Source of the DNA: a bacterium
GTDB lineage: Bacteria > Hinthialibacterota > Hinthialibacteria > Hinthialibacterales > Hinthialibacteraceae
Length of the DNA stretch: 27,710 nucleotides
Direction: 5' to 3'
NCBI GenBank assembly: GCA_963663405.2
Contig: CAXXSM010000115.1
Location: 1 to 27,710 of the forward strand
Shown here: positions 15,134-25,144 of the stretch, piece after piece
Position numbering within the stretch: position 1 is the stretch's first letter
Layout: the number at the start of each line of letters is the position of its first letter
Translations under genes and position numbers: made by a program
The notes under the pieces: generated by a model
What the model saw: only the letters and a program-made list of their open reading frames with translations
The model's database searches: none
Told to the model about the DNA's origin: nothing

Positions 15134-17194
15134 ATGGCCGCGATCGAATGGATGAACCAACTGGCCGAAGCGTGGGCTTCGGTGATGTGGATTCGTGTGC
15201 TTGATTCCGCCTGCGTCTTTCTTTTGATTGGGACGCTATGGTTGATCGTACGCAAATGGGCGCCTGCGCAGTTTGGTTATTACTTGTTTTTATTGGTACT
15301 TGTCAAACTTATTCTCCCGGCGCCGGTGTCCGTTCCCGGCCTTGTTCATTATTTGTTTCCTGGAGAATCCACGCAGGAGAGTCTTGTGAGAATGAATTGG
15401 GCTTTTCCATTTCCGCTTGAGGGTGGTGGCGCCGCCGAAGCGAACACCGTCACCTCGCAAGAATCCATGGCGCCCGCGCCCTCTCAAACGGGGCCGGAGA
15501 TCTCCCTGCTTTCTATCTTTATGTTGTTATGGGGGATCGGAGCTTTTTTCTTCTTTTTATATCATGCGATTGTGGAATGGAAAACCTGTTTTATGATGCG
15601 CAATACGATTCCATTAGAGCCCAATCAGCTCCCCGTGAACGTTCATGAATTACAGCGGCAAGCGGGGATCAAACGAAAAGTGCATTGGGTGACGGGATAC
15701 TGGGTCAAATCACCGGTGGCGTATGGGTTATTCCATCCGAAAATCGCTGTGCCGATGGAGATGGCCCGGAATTACTCGGAACGGCAGATTCGATGGATTC
15801 TCCTGCATGAGTTGGCGCACATTAAACGTGGGGACACACTCGTTTTTCTCTTCCAACGTCTTCTTCAGTCTCTCTTCTTTTTCAACCCGCTGATCTGGTG
15901 GGTCAACGCCCTGATTGACCGGCTGCGTGAGTACGCATGCGATGACGCGGCGCTGGTGGAAAGCCAGGCGCCGCCCAAGGAGTGCGGCGAGGGTTTTTTG
16001 GGAGTTGTCATGCAGAACAACGGCCTTCCCACCTTTCAATACGCCACTCACGGCTTGATCAACTACAAAACGATGATAAGGAGACGGCTGATGAGAATTC
16101 TGGATGATAAACGAAGATTGCATGCAAAATTAAAATTCGGAGCGGGTGTCTTCTTACTCGCGATTACTCTATTTGTTTTACCTTTTAGTGGGAAAATGGC
16201 GGCAGCGCAAGTGGGGGAGTGGATAAAAGTCACAGATACGGGGCCCGTGGACAGCATGAGGGCATCCATGGTTTACGATCTTGCACGTGAGAAAGTCGTT
16301 CTGTTTGGCGGGTGGAGTTACGCCAAAGGTGATGACCTAGGCGAGACCTGGGAATGGGATGGCGTCCAATGGACGAAAGTGACTACATCCGGCCCTAGTC
16401 CTCGCATTGACAGTCAAATGATGGTTTATGATACCGTTCGCGAAAAGGTGGTTCTGTTTGGTGGGACATCATACCAAGGGGGGTGGACAACGCATAACGA
16501 CATGTGGGAATGGGATGGCGCCGAGTGGACCCGTATAATGACTGACGGTCCTAGTCCTCGCCAATCTCCAGCCATGGTATTTGATTCCGCGCGAGGTAAA
16601 ATCGTGCTTTTCGGGGGATTAGGTGCTAGCGCTCTAGGCGATACGTGGGAGTGGGATGGCGCCGAATGGATTCAAGTGGCTGAGGAGGGCCCTTCGCCAA
16701 GGGCATATCACGCCATGGCTTATGACTCCATACGACAGCGAGTTGTTATGTATGGCGGCCTTCCAGGTGGGATGTACAGTGGACAAAAAGTGTTAAGCGA
16801 TATGTGGGAATGGGATGGGCGCCAATGGACTCAAGTCGACTTGACCGGTGAAAATCCTGGTTTTCGTGCTTTTCACGGGATGGTGTTCGATGACGCGCGT
16901 GGGAAAACAGTTCTGTTTAGTGGGGTCGACAGAATAACGGGGTCGGGAGAGACTATTGCTCTGAACGATAGTGATATATGGGAATGGGATGGGAATGTTT
17001 GGGAAAGAATTTCCACTCCCGGCCCTGTATCAAGAGCCTCTCCCGCGATGATATATGATCCTATTAGGCGCGAAATCGTTCTGTTCGGAGGGATGGTAAG
17101 CGGTAGTCAAAATGAGGGTGTAACCGCGAATGATACGTGGGTATACAGCGCGTCTTCCAGTGGCATCCCTAAAAGCCTGTGGTCGCTGTATTGA
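15134..17194 (+). CDS. BlaR1-type M56 membrane metalloprotease fused to a six-bladed Kelch-like beta-propeller
   Basis: HELAH zinc motif, 'FFNPLIWW', 'REYACDD', 'IRRRLMRI' loop; six repeats GPxxR..M.YD..R.K.VLFGG...DTWEWDG..W. Confidence 0.88.
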   Translation: MAAIEWMNQLAEAWASVMWIRVLDSACVFLLIGTLWLIVRKWAPAQFGYYLFLLVLVKLILPAPVSVPGLVHYLFPGESTQESLVRMNWAFPFPLEGGGAAEANTVTSQESMAPAPSQTGPEISLLSIFMLLWGIGAFFFFLYHAIVEWKTCFMMRNTIPLEPNQLPVNVHELQRQAGIKRKVHWVTGYWVKSPVAYGLFHPKIAVPMEMARNYSERQIRWILLHELAHIKRGDTLVFLFQRLLQSLFFFNPLIWWVNALIDRLREYACDDAALVESQAPPKECGEGFLGVVMQNNGLPTFQYATHGLINYKTMIRRRLMRILDDKRRLHAKLKFGAGVFLLAITLFVLPFSGKMAAAQVGEWIKVTDTGPVDSMRASMVYDLAREKVVLFGGWSYAKGDDLGETWEWDGVQWTKVTTSGPSPRIDSQMMVYDTVREKVVLFGGTSYQGGWTTHNDMWEWDGAEWTRIMTDGPSPRQSPAMVFDSARGKIVLFGGLGASALGDTWEWDGAEWIQVAEEGPSPRAYHAMAYDSIRQRVVMYGGLPGGMYSGQKVLSDMWEWDGRQWTQVDLTGENPGFRAFHGMVFDDARGKTVLFSGVDRITGSGETIALNDSDIWEWDGNVWERISTPGPVSRASPAMIYDPIRREIVLFGGMVSGSQNEGVTANDTWVYSASSSGIPKSLWSLY

Positions 17195-17239
17195 TTTGGA
17201 TTATTGGAAAATTGGTAATTCATGCAAGGACGCCTTCAC

Positions 17240-18754
17240 TCAATGCTGCTGAATTGTGTCCTGTATCTTAACCGCCGCTTGGTTTCCCTTTTCCAGTTCC
17301 TGGATTAATTCGTCTGCTTTGCCGCAGGCTTGTTGGGCGATGTCCGCGCAGTATTTTGTGAGGAAGGCGCGGGCTTTGGCTGGATCGGTTTGGAATTGGT
17401 TTAACGCTTGTTTTTCGATTTTTTGTTGTTTATCGAATAATTCTTTTTCGTAAGCGTCCCAGATGGGGCGGATGGTTTTGATCCGGGTTTCGTAATCTTC
17501 GTGAACGAGAGTTTGGAGCGTTCGAAATTTCCACCATGCTTTTGTGTTATCCAATGTGAATGTATTGGGGGGTGGGGAGAAATGGTGGTCTAGGCTGAGC
17601 TGTGTTTCGACGGCTGAAGGGAGATAGTATGTATCCGGTGTTTCGGTGATTCCTATGTACCAAGGCGTGAGGACGCTGGTGGAGGGTTCGGCGGTTGTGC
17701 GCCAGTAGACGCATCCGATCTCTTTCGGAAGATCTTTCCGAAGTTGGAAGACCGCCGCTTCTTGGGTGGTTGTTGTGCAGATGGATGGGGATTCGCGGTC
17801 ACGGAGGACTTTCAATAGATCGTTGATACCGAGTTTCCGGGGAGGTTTGACGGCGAATGGCAAGGACTCTTTTGGGAGTGGCGATAGAGGCCGATCCATG
17901 ACGATGCATTGACCGCGATACTGCCGGGGATCGGGTGGATCGTTGCGCTGGGCGCGGTATACCTTTCGGAAACTGAACGGTTCACCGTCATTGGGATCGA
18001 ACCAACCGCGTTCGATCGCATAGCTAATCAGATCGGGCGACGCCAAGAAATTGTCGCTATCGTTTAAGTCCATCTCTCCAATGATGTGGACGTTTGGCAG
18101 TAACACGACGGCGTCGTCAGGGACGCGCTGCGCGGCCCATCGCCGTCCTCGGACGACAGCGAGCAGCCATGCTTCGTTCGAATCCGCGACGACATACGAG
18201 CGCCCGGAATCGGCGTATCCAAATTGTTCCACAAGACGGCCTGCGATTTGTACGCCTTCTTTGGCGGACTTGGCGCGCTGAACGATCAACCGGCGCAGCA
18301 TGTAGCCGATCCCGCCATCGCGAATCTCTCCCCGTTTAACGAGTGTATCGTAACTGTCTTCCCGTGTCCCGCATCCATCGCTGACAACGGCCACTCCGTA
18401 TTCATTACAATAGGCGTCACTAAATTCCAAACCGGGATTTTCGCTCCAGAAGAAGGCGTTTGTTTCCCGTACTTGGGCCAGTTCACCTCCCCGGCGCAGT
18501 TGAAGCGTGGCTCCTTCTTGATATTGCAGGCGGGGAATCCGGCGGAAGTTCAACACGCGGCGGCCTCCATTCTGTTCGTTGTGAGCGACCATTACCGAAC
18601 CGTCTACAGTGGCGTTTTTACCGGCTACCACCGCGTAGCAGGCCCATACTGGCGTGGCTGTTCCAATCAGCAGTAAGATGGAGAAAAGGATTAATGAGTG
18701 ATTGTAGAATTTTCTTATCGTATCGGCGCTATGTGTCTTTGATTGAATCAACAT
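17240..18754 (-). CDS. C69-family dipeptidase (Ntn hydrolase), secreted
   Basis: signal peptide ending VWA, then nucleophile 'CYAVVAGKNATVDGSVMVAHNE'; 'NEYGVAV', 'AQRVPDD'. Confidence 0.88.
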   Translation of the reverse strand: MLIQSKTHSADTIRKFYNHSLILFSILLLIGTATPVWACYAVVAGKNATVDGSVMVAHNEQNGGRRVLNFRRIPRLQYQEGATLQLRRGGELAQVRETNAFFWSENPGLEFSDAYCNEYGVAVVSDGCGTREDSYDTLVKRGEIRDGGIGYMLRRLIVQRAKSAKEGVQIAGRLVEQFGYADSGRSYVVADSNEAWLLAVVRGRRWAAQRVPDDAVVLLPNVHIIGEMDLNDSDNFLASPDLISYAIERGWFDPNDGEPFSFRKVYRAQRNDPPDPRQYRGQCIVMDRPLSPLPKESLPFAVKPPRKLGINDLLKVLRDRESPSICTTTTQEAAVFQLRKDLPKEIGCVYWRTTAEPSTSVLTPWYIGITETPDTYYLPSAVETQLSLDHHFSPPPNTFTLDNTKAWWKFRTLQTLVHEDYETRIKTIRPIWDAYEKELFDKQQKIEKQALNQFQTDPAKARAFLTKYCADIAQQACGKADELIQELEKGNQAAVKIQDTIQQH

Positions 18755-18812
18755 ATTTATCTCCTTGTGTTCTTTTATTGTAAGTTTATTCTATTTAAAA
18801 TGAGAAGCGTTT

Positions 18813-20453
18813 TTATTTTTTCTTAAAGTGAAACAACACTGCGCGGCTGGCAGGCGCATCGAATGTGAATGTTCCGGTTGCTCTTTTACTTACAACCATT
18901 TTTTTCATATTGATAATATCATATTGGGTGACTGTCCATGTTCCAGTGGGTAGGTTCGCTGTGATCTTTTTCCATTGTTTGTTTGTACCTAATACATATT
19001 CATGATCCGGCCAGGCCAGGGGGCGGAATCCTTCATCGATGTTTTTGAAGATGCTTGTGTCCGGGGCCATTTTCCAGAATGTGATGTTTTCTTCGATGAT
19101 ATCCGAGAGCCATTTAAGGTTATCCGCAGCGGAGTGTTCCTTTGGATTGAATTTGCCTCGGAAATATTGTCCGGTTTTATTGCCAGGCTTTTCTCCTGTG
19201 GAGCCGTAGCCGCCTCCGAGGAAGATGCCGAGGTGGGATTCGATAGTGTCACCTTCGGTGTGTTTGTCTCCTTGTCCCTGGTAACTCAATTCATCGTTGA
19301 TTGTGGGTTTATAGAGAGGGCCTTTGCCATTCGGATTTTTCCATGTGTTGTATAGAACGTCCGCTGCGGGGGCGAGTTTGCGGATTTTCTTTTGGATGAT
19401 TTGATGGTCGTTCCAAGGCGGTAGATTTTCGAATTCTTCGGACCACAAAGTGCGGGGGGTGGAATGAACGCTGAGTGGAGTTGAGTATGGTAAAAAGGAG
19501 TGAATGGTTTGGCCCCATTCGGCGATTTCTTTTTCTATGTATTTGGGATTCTTGATTTCATATTCATTGCAGAGGCAGATCCACACGTTTGGATAACTGC
19601 CATAGCGGGCGGCGATGTATCGTAGAAACGGTGTGGCGTCTCCATTGTTTTCTTTCGCTCGTAAGGTAGATCTGGATTCTTCCCGATCCGGACCCGCTAG
19701 GATTAGATCCGTAATTAGATCGCATTCGTACGCTGTTTGGACAGCGCGATCGACGCGTTGATGGAACCATCGTGGGTTGGGATGGTGTGAATGATCTCCC
19801 CAGTCTGTTGGAGTACCGTTTGTGTCTAGAAAAGGTTTTTCCTCTGGATTGGGATAGTGATCGCCGGATAAACCCATGCGAAGTTTCTTAAAATACTTTG
19901 CATTGCCTTGGATATCCTTGGCGATGTCATTCTCCGACGGTGAGTTTCCTTTTTCATAACCGGAGAGAAAACTGTAATGCGTGTTTCCAACAATGTATGG
20001 ATGCGAACCATCCGAGCGCTGATACCAGCGTTGACCTTCGCTGTTTGGATCGGTGATCCAAAAGCCCGGATGGTTGGAAGGTTCCACGATGATTTCATTT
20101 CCCTGATGTTGCCGTGATAACTCCTTGACATTGGAGTGAACTTCAACAAGAGTCCATTTTCCTGGTTTTGTTGGGCAGAAGCGGATTTTAAAAACATCGC
20201 CTTCGGCGCCGCCTTTTCCATCGCCATCAAAGAAGCCATGAATTTTTTTCTCTAAGGATTGATTCTCATGCTGGAAACGAACCCAGAAATCGATATCGCG
20301 GGATGGGGTGTCTTTCGCTGTTTGGTTTGGCCCGTTGAATGTGATTTCTATGACGGAATAGACCTTGGCTTTTGTGGGAATGTCTGCAGCCGTGAATGAC
20401 GATAGTAAGAGAACTAACAATAAACTGGTTAGTGTTTGTGCGCTTTTTTTCAT
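18813..20453 (-). CDS. secreted DUF5060/DUF4038 (apiosidase-like) putative glycoside hydrolase
   Basis: signal peptide MKKSAQ...; 'GFFDGDG...FKIRFCPTKPGKW', 'RYIAARYGSYPNV...NEY', 'KPTINDE.SY'. Confidence 0.7.
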   Translation of the reverse strand: MKKSAQTLTSLLLVLLLSSFTAADIPTKAKVYSVIEITFNGPNQTAKDTPSRDIDFWVRFQHENQSLEKKIHGFFDGDGKGGAEGDVFKIRFCPTKPGKWTLVEVHSNVKELSRQHQGNEIIVEPSNHPGFWITDPNSEGQRWYQRSDGSHPYIVGNTHYSFLSGYEKGNSPSENDIAKDIQGNAKYFKKLRMGLSGDHYPNPEEKPFLDTNGTPTDWGDHSHHPNPRWFHQRVDRAVQTAYECDLITDLILAGPDREESRSTLRAKENNGDATPFLRYIAARYGSYPNVWICLCNEYEIKNPKYIEKEIAEWGQTIHSFLPYSTPLSVHSTPRTLWSEEFENLPPWNDHQIIQKKIRKLAPAADVLYNTWKNPNGKGPLYKPTINDELSYQGQGDKHTEGDTIESHLGIFLGGGYGSTGEKPGNKTGQYFRGKFNPKEHSAADNLKWLSDIIEENITFWKMAPDTSIFKNIDEGFRPLAWPDHEYVLGTNKQWKKITANLPTGTWTVTQYDIINMKKMVVSKRATGTFTFDAPASRAVLFHFKKK

Positions 20454-20594
20454 GATGGTGATCCTGTTCAATTGCTTGGTTTTTTATTTTGTCTAGAATC
20501 TGGATGGTCAGGAATAAAGGATATATAGGATTCTTATTTTGATGTTATTCAAACTATCATTGCATTCTGTTTTATATAAAGTTTGTTTTTTTTA

Positions 20595-21851
20595 TTATTC
20601 CGTCATATTCATGATGATTCCCGCATAGACACGCGCGGTTTCCACCAGGGAGCGGGCGGGGATGAATTCGCGGCTGCTGTGGATTCCTTCGCATTCTACG
20701 CCGTATCCGATGGTGGGACATTTAGCGTGATTCGTGAAAAAATGGAGATCCGTGAAGCCGCCGAAAATCCGCATTTTAGCGGATTTATTATAAACATTTT
20801 TTACCGCCTGTTTGGCGGCGAGGCAAAGGGGCGATTTTGGATCGGATAATCCGGCGTTTGAAGCCATTCGCACATCGATTTTCGCTTTCAGTGTCCGGTC
20901 TTTCTTTTGAGCGCTTTGAATGATCGCTTCAAATTCGTTCAGCGTCTCTTTGACATCTTCCTCCGGGATTAAGCGGCGGTCGACGGTGAAATGAAAACGG
21001 TCTGGAATGATGTTGACTTTCTGCCCACCCCCGCTGATTCCTCCCAGGGAGAGAGAGGGGTAGCGGAATTCGGGCCGGACGGCGGTGTGCGCAGTTTTAC
21101 GATTGGGGAAATCATCTTTCATAGCGAGTATTCGTTCGGCCAGGTTGACGCCTTTCTCGAACGCGTTGACACCCAACATAGGCGCGGAGCCATGCGCGGA
21201 TACGCCCTCGATATGGATGTCCAACCAGAGTGAACCCCGATGTCCGTAGGAAATGACATCTCCGCTACCACCTTCACAGATCACGGCGGCGTTGGGGCGC
21301 ACGATTTTTTTCTTTACAATGTAGCCCACACCGCATTGGCCGTTGATCTCCTCATCCGCGGTAAAGGAGAGTTCGATATTCCAAGGGGGACGGACACCGC
21401 AGGTTTTCAACGCTTGTACGGCGAAGATCGACGCGACAAGGCTGCCTTTCATATCCCCGGTTCCACGGCCGTGCAGTTTCCCTGCTTTGAGGACCGGTTG
21501 ATAGGGATCGGTTTTCCAGTCCGCTGTCGCGGGGACGACGTCGTAATGGCTGTTAAAGTGAAGGGTTTTTTGGGCGCCAACATCCCATCGCGCAATGAGG
21601 TTATATCGGGGATAGTTCCATGTTTCGCGGGGCGCGAACCGTTTTTGATATTCCAGCGGCACAACAACCACTTCAGTGTCCAATCCGATCGATTCGACAT
21701 AGTCCCGTAAGAAATCCACGAATGATTTATAGTGCAGTCCGGGTGGGTTTTCCGTCGGAATCGAACAGAGTTCCTGGGTTAGCCGGATCATTCGATCCCG
21801 GCGGTCTTGAAGATAGCGTTGTATATCTTTGCTGTTATTGTTTTTAGTCAC
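20595..21851 (-). CDS. M20-family metallopeptidase (ArgE/DapE-like)
   Basis: HFNSHYDVVP, GRGTGDMKG, ADEE, ICEG, GIHS..E. Confidence 0.92.
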   Translation of the reverse strand: MTKNNNSKDIQRYLQDRRDRMIRLTQELCSIPTENPPGLHYKSFVDFLRDYVESIGLDTEVVVVPLEYQKRFAPRETWNYPRYNLIARWDVGAQKTLHFNSHYDVVPATADWKTDPYQPVLKAGKLHGRGTGDMKGSLVASIFAVQALKTCGVRPPWNIELSFTADEEINGQCGVGYIVKKKIVRPNAAVICEGGSGDVISYGHRGSLWLDIHIEGVSAHGSAPMLGVNAFEKGVNLAERILAMKDDFPNRKTAHTAVRPEFRYPSLSLGGISGGGQKVNIIPDRFHFTVDRRLIPEEDVKETLNEFEAIIQSAQKKDRTLKAKIDVRMASNAGLSDPKSPLCLAAKQAVKNVYNKSAKMRIFGGFTDLHFFTNHAKCPTIGYGVECEGIHSSREFIPARSLVETARVYAGIIMNMTE

Positions 21852-21861
21852 GATAGGAACC

Positions 21862-24716
21862 TCATGAATTGGGTATGGGATAATCCGGGATGGATTCCGT
21901 AATTTGTGTTTGGACGATTCTTTTTTTTATGGGTTTGGGAGTCAACCAGCGTCTATGTTTTCTAAACAAGATGACTAGAACCACAATTAGAGCGCTCCCT
22001 CCTATGGCGCAACCTACATAAAAGGATTGAGGGAAATAGTACAGAACGACTGTATGTTCCCCGGCGGGAACCGGCAACGCCATAAACGCATGATTTGCCC
22101 GGTGGATGGAGACGGATTTTCCATCAATTCTGGCTTTCCAATTAGGGGAGTAATTTTCTGTGATCGCGAGATAGGCTTCTCTTGGAGTTTTAAGGGTGAT
22201 CGTCATCTGGTCTGATCCATTGCGGTGATAGCTCAGAGATGATTTTCTTTCGTCCTTTACTGGAACGGGGGGTATTTCCATGGAGATAGTATCTTGTTTG
22301 TGGAAAAAGACGGGGAGTGGATCTCCCGGCTGAGTTTGATCTATGATTTGGGCGATCTCATTTGGGTGTTCGTAGCGGAGGACGTTGCGGGATAAATAGG
22401 CGGATTGGTATGCATTGGGATTTTCATAGACCGGAAGTTCCGCTTTATCGGAGAGCAGGACAAGGCCTTTTCGGTCCGGCGTCAGCGCGTCGATTTCGAG
22501 AATCGCCCAGAGCCCTTGTTGCAGGTAGGATTCAATCGAAACGCTATCGATTACGTGAGGTTTGTCGAGTTTATATTCCGCGATGTATTGACGGACTTTG
22601 CTATATCCAGCGCCGAGAGGAATCGGGAACCAGCGGTATTCCGTGGCGGGCCGGTGCCGCGCGCGGTAGCTGGGGGATTCCGTGATGTAATTCGCGATAT
22701 TGATTCCCAGACGGACAGGGAAGAGTTGAATCGTTTCCGTGGCGTGGTGTAAGCCTACACGGCCGATTTCCGCCGCTTGGGGCAGATGGGGAACGCCGGT
22801 GAGCAGCCATCGGAACATGATGGATTCAACCATTTTTGGTGGTTTGACAGGGCTTTGCAAAACACCTGCGCTCTCCAATTCTCCCCGTCCCCGGAAAATA
22901 TTTTCTTGGTTAGGATATCCGATGACGTATCGTACACTGAGAAAATCCAAGAGCCGCTTGGGGAGCCGTTCAAGCCGGAGGGTTCGGGTGGGATCAGTGG
23001 CGTGAGAATGCCCAGCCCACGCGCGCAGTAGATCGGCGTAGCGGTGGGGATACATTGGATCGTAGCCTTGAATTTCATGCAGCCGGAACACTTCGGCGAG
23101 GCGGTGTGTCAAAATAGGTGGATTAAAACGAAGGCGCACATCGCTTCCAGCGTCGATAAACGGCGCATAGCCGCAGACGCGGTAAAAAATAGATTGCGCA
23201 CCGGCCCGTTCACGAAAATCGATTGTGTGAGGGGGATTGAAAAAATCCGCGGAGGTGGTTTCCAGAAAGAGCCTCTGCGTGTATTGGGCGGATTGCGTCA
23301 CGAGCAGCAGCAGCAAAATACAGATCAACGCTTTTCTCTGAATGATCTTCCAGGAATAGAGGATCAGCACGATTAGGGTCAGGCTTGTCCACGCGCAGAA
23401 ATTGATTATAGACCAGTGGGCGTCTGAAATCGAATTGGGGTGAAAAGTTTGAGTTAATGCGGAGTATACCAGGGTTGTGGGAACCCAGGAATTAGCGCCG
23501 ATTGAATAGAGGGTAAAGATGAAACAGATCGAAAACGTCAATGATAAGAGAATGTGAATCCATGCTGGGAATCGTTCCCCGTTCAACCAACGTTGAAATC
23601 CGAACGCGGCGAAGATGGGAAGCGCGATGGCGGGGATTAGAAGGGAGCGGTTGGGCAGATTAAGAAAACTCCATCCTGGCACAGTATAATAGAACCATTC
23701 GAAAACGCCGCCGGACCGGCCTAATGAACAGAATATGGCGAAGATCACAGCAAGAAGCAGTCCGTATCGCAGACGCCGTGGCGCCTGCGCCCATCCAAAG
23801 GGGATCATCCATAAAGCCGTAACACCGATGTAACAGGTTCCCTCCCAAGGATCGCAGCGGGAGATTGCCGGTTGGGTTAATCCGCCGAAGAATGTGTGGA
23901 GGATTTCATGCCAGCCTAGCGAACCGGCTACGGCTTCGGAAAGGGGGATTTGGGAACGCGCGGTTTCGGATGAATAGAGCCAAGCGGGATACCACATGCC
24001 CATCGTTAACAGAACCGAGCCCCCCACACAGAGACTATACCTTGCAGAAAGCCACAACCAAGAAAGCCGAGACCTGCGCCAAAAACAAACCGTCAAAAAC
24101 GCTAGGAAGATTAGTGTGTAAACAACCGTATGTGGCGCTCCGGCGAGAATGACCATTGAAAAAAGCGAGCGCCGACGCTAAAACCGGCGCGAAAAAACGG
24201 CTCTCTAATCCCATTAAGTAGAAATAAAGAACGGCTGGAATCCAGCTGATTCCCTCCAATAAGGCTAAGTTTGTGATTTTACAGCGCCAAAACGTGCTAA
24301 GTAAAAAACGCCATCGCTCCGAAAAAGGGGCCGCTGGGGGATTCAATCGAAGCGCCCTAAGCAGAATATATACCATTCCTCCCCCCAACAGGTAGTGACC
24401 TGTAAGTATGATCGACATCCCCACCGAGGTGGAAAAGAAGAGGAAGATCAGGTTAGGCCAGTAGAGGATTTGAGATTGGGGATTGGCGTCAAGTGGAAAG
24501 CCGCAGAATTGATAGGGATTCCAAAAACCAGAAGTCGAATCTCCATGCAGGGCCCGGAGAGGATAGAAGAACAGGAGTGAATCTTCATCGAGAGGCAGTT
24601 TCTCCCTGGAGCGCGATGGGGAATTGGAAGAGCAATGCTGTAAAGGCAAGCGCCGCAAGACACAGCAAGTCAATTCGATTCAAACGGGGGATCCCGCAGA
24701 GGGTTTGTTCTTCCAT
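21862..24716 (-). pseudogene. YfhO-family membrane protein, apparently frameshifted (probably assembly indels)
   Basis: 'FWNPYQFCGFP..ANPQ', C-terminal 'ENYSPNWKARIDG...RANHAFMAL.VPAGEH.V'; the frame runs continuously from ATG 24716 if single bases are removed at ~24606, three runs in 24303-24330 and 24159-24164. Confidence 0.8.
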
Positions 24717-24880
24717 TGTCTGATCCAACAGTCTCCCTTTCAACACTGCGTAAGAACCATTCTACTCCCAATTGATTGAATCTCTCAATCCGGGTGGACG
24801 GTTCAAAGGAAGATTAAGGGGGTTATTGGACAATCAAAAAACCGCTATAATCGAATTGCGGTGTTTTTCCGAGCGAAATT

Positions 24881-24954
24881 GCGCCTGTAGCTCAGCCGGA
24901 TAGAGCAACGGATTCCTAATCCGTAGGCCGCGCGTTCGAGTCGCGCCAGGCGCA
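24881..24954 (+). tRNA. tRNA-Arg(CCT)
   Basis: acceptor GCGCCTG/CAGGCGC, D arm GCTC/GAGC, anticodon arm ACGGA-TTCCTAA-TCCGT, T arm GCGCG-TTCGAGT-CGCGC; CCA not encoded; TATAAT at 24846. Confidence 0.97.
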
Positions 24955-25144
24955 TGTTGATTTTCCTGGACTTACATTTCACCTTCCAAAAACCATAAAC
25001 TCCATTGGCTGATTTTTTTATTGAATATTGAATAAGGCAAAGGCAACCAGAAGCGAAGGCTCCAACGAAGGCTTCTGTACTTTTTTCGCTACCCACTTGT
25101 TTCTTCTGATTGAGCATGCGGTTCTTGCGATACGGCCTAACGGA

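Noticed and set aside
16208-17150. DNA repeats TGGGAATGGGATGG as a non-coding repeat array
   Set aside because: Explained by the Kelch-like WEWDG protein repeats.
1266-23900. numerous 60-160 aa ORFs nested in or antisense to long genes
   Set aside because: Shadow ORFs of well-supported CDSs with no independent motifs.
24845-25117. 90-aa minus-strand ORF
   Set aside because: Antisense to the tRNA; no recognisable protein features.
24881-25140. genomic island integrated at tRNA-Arg
   Set aside because: No integrase and no duplicated tRNA 3' end seen within the window.
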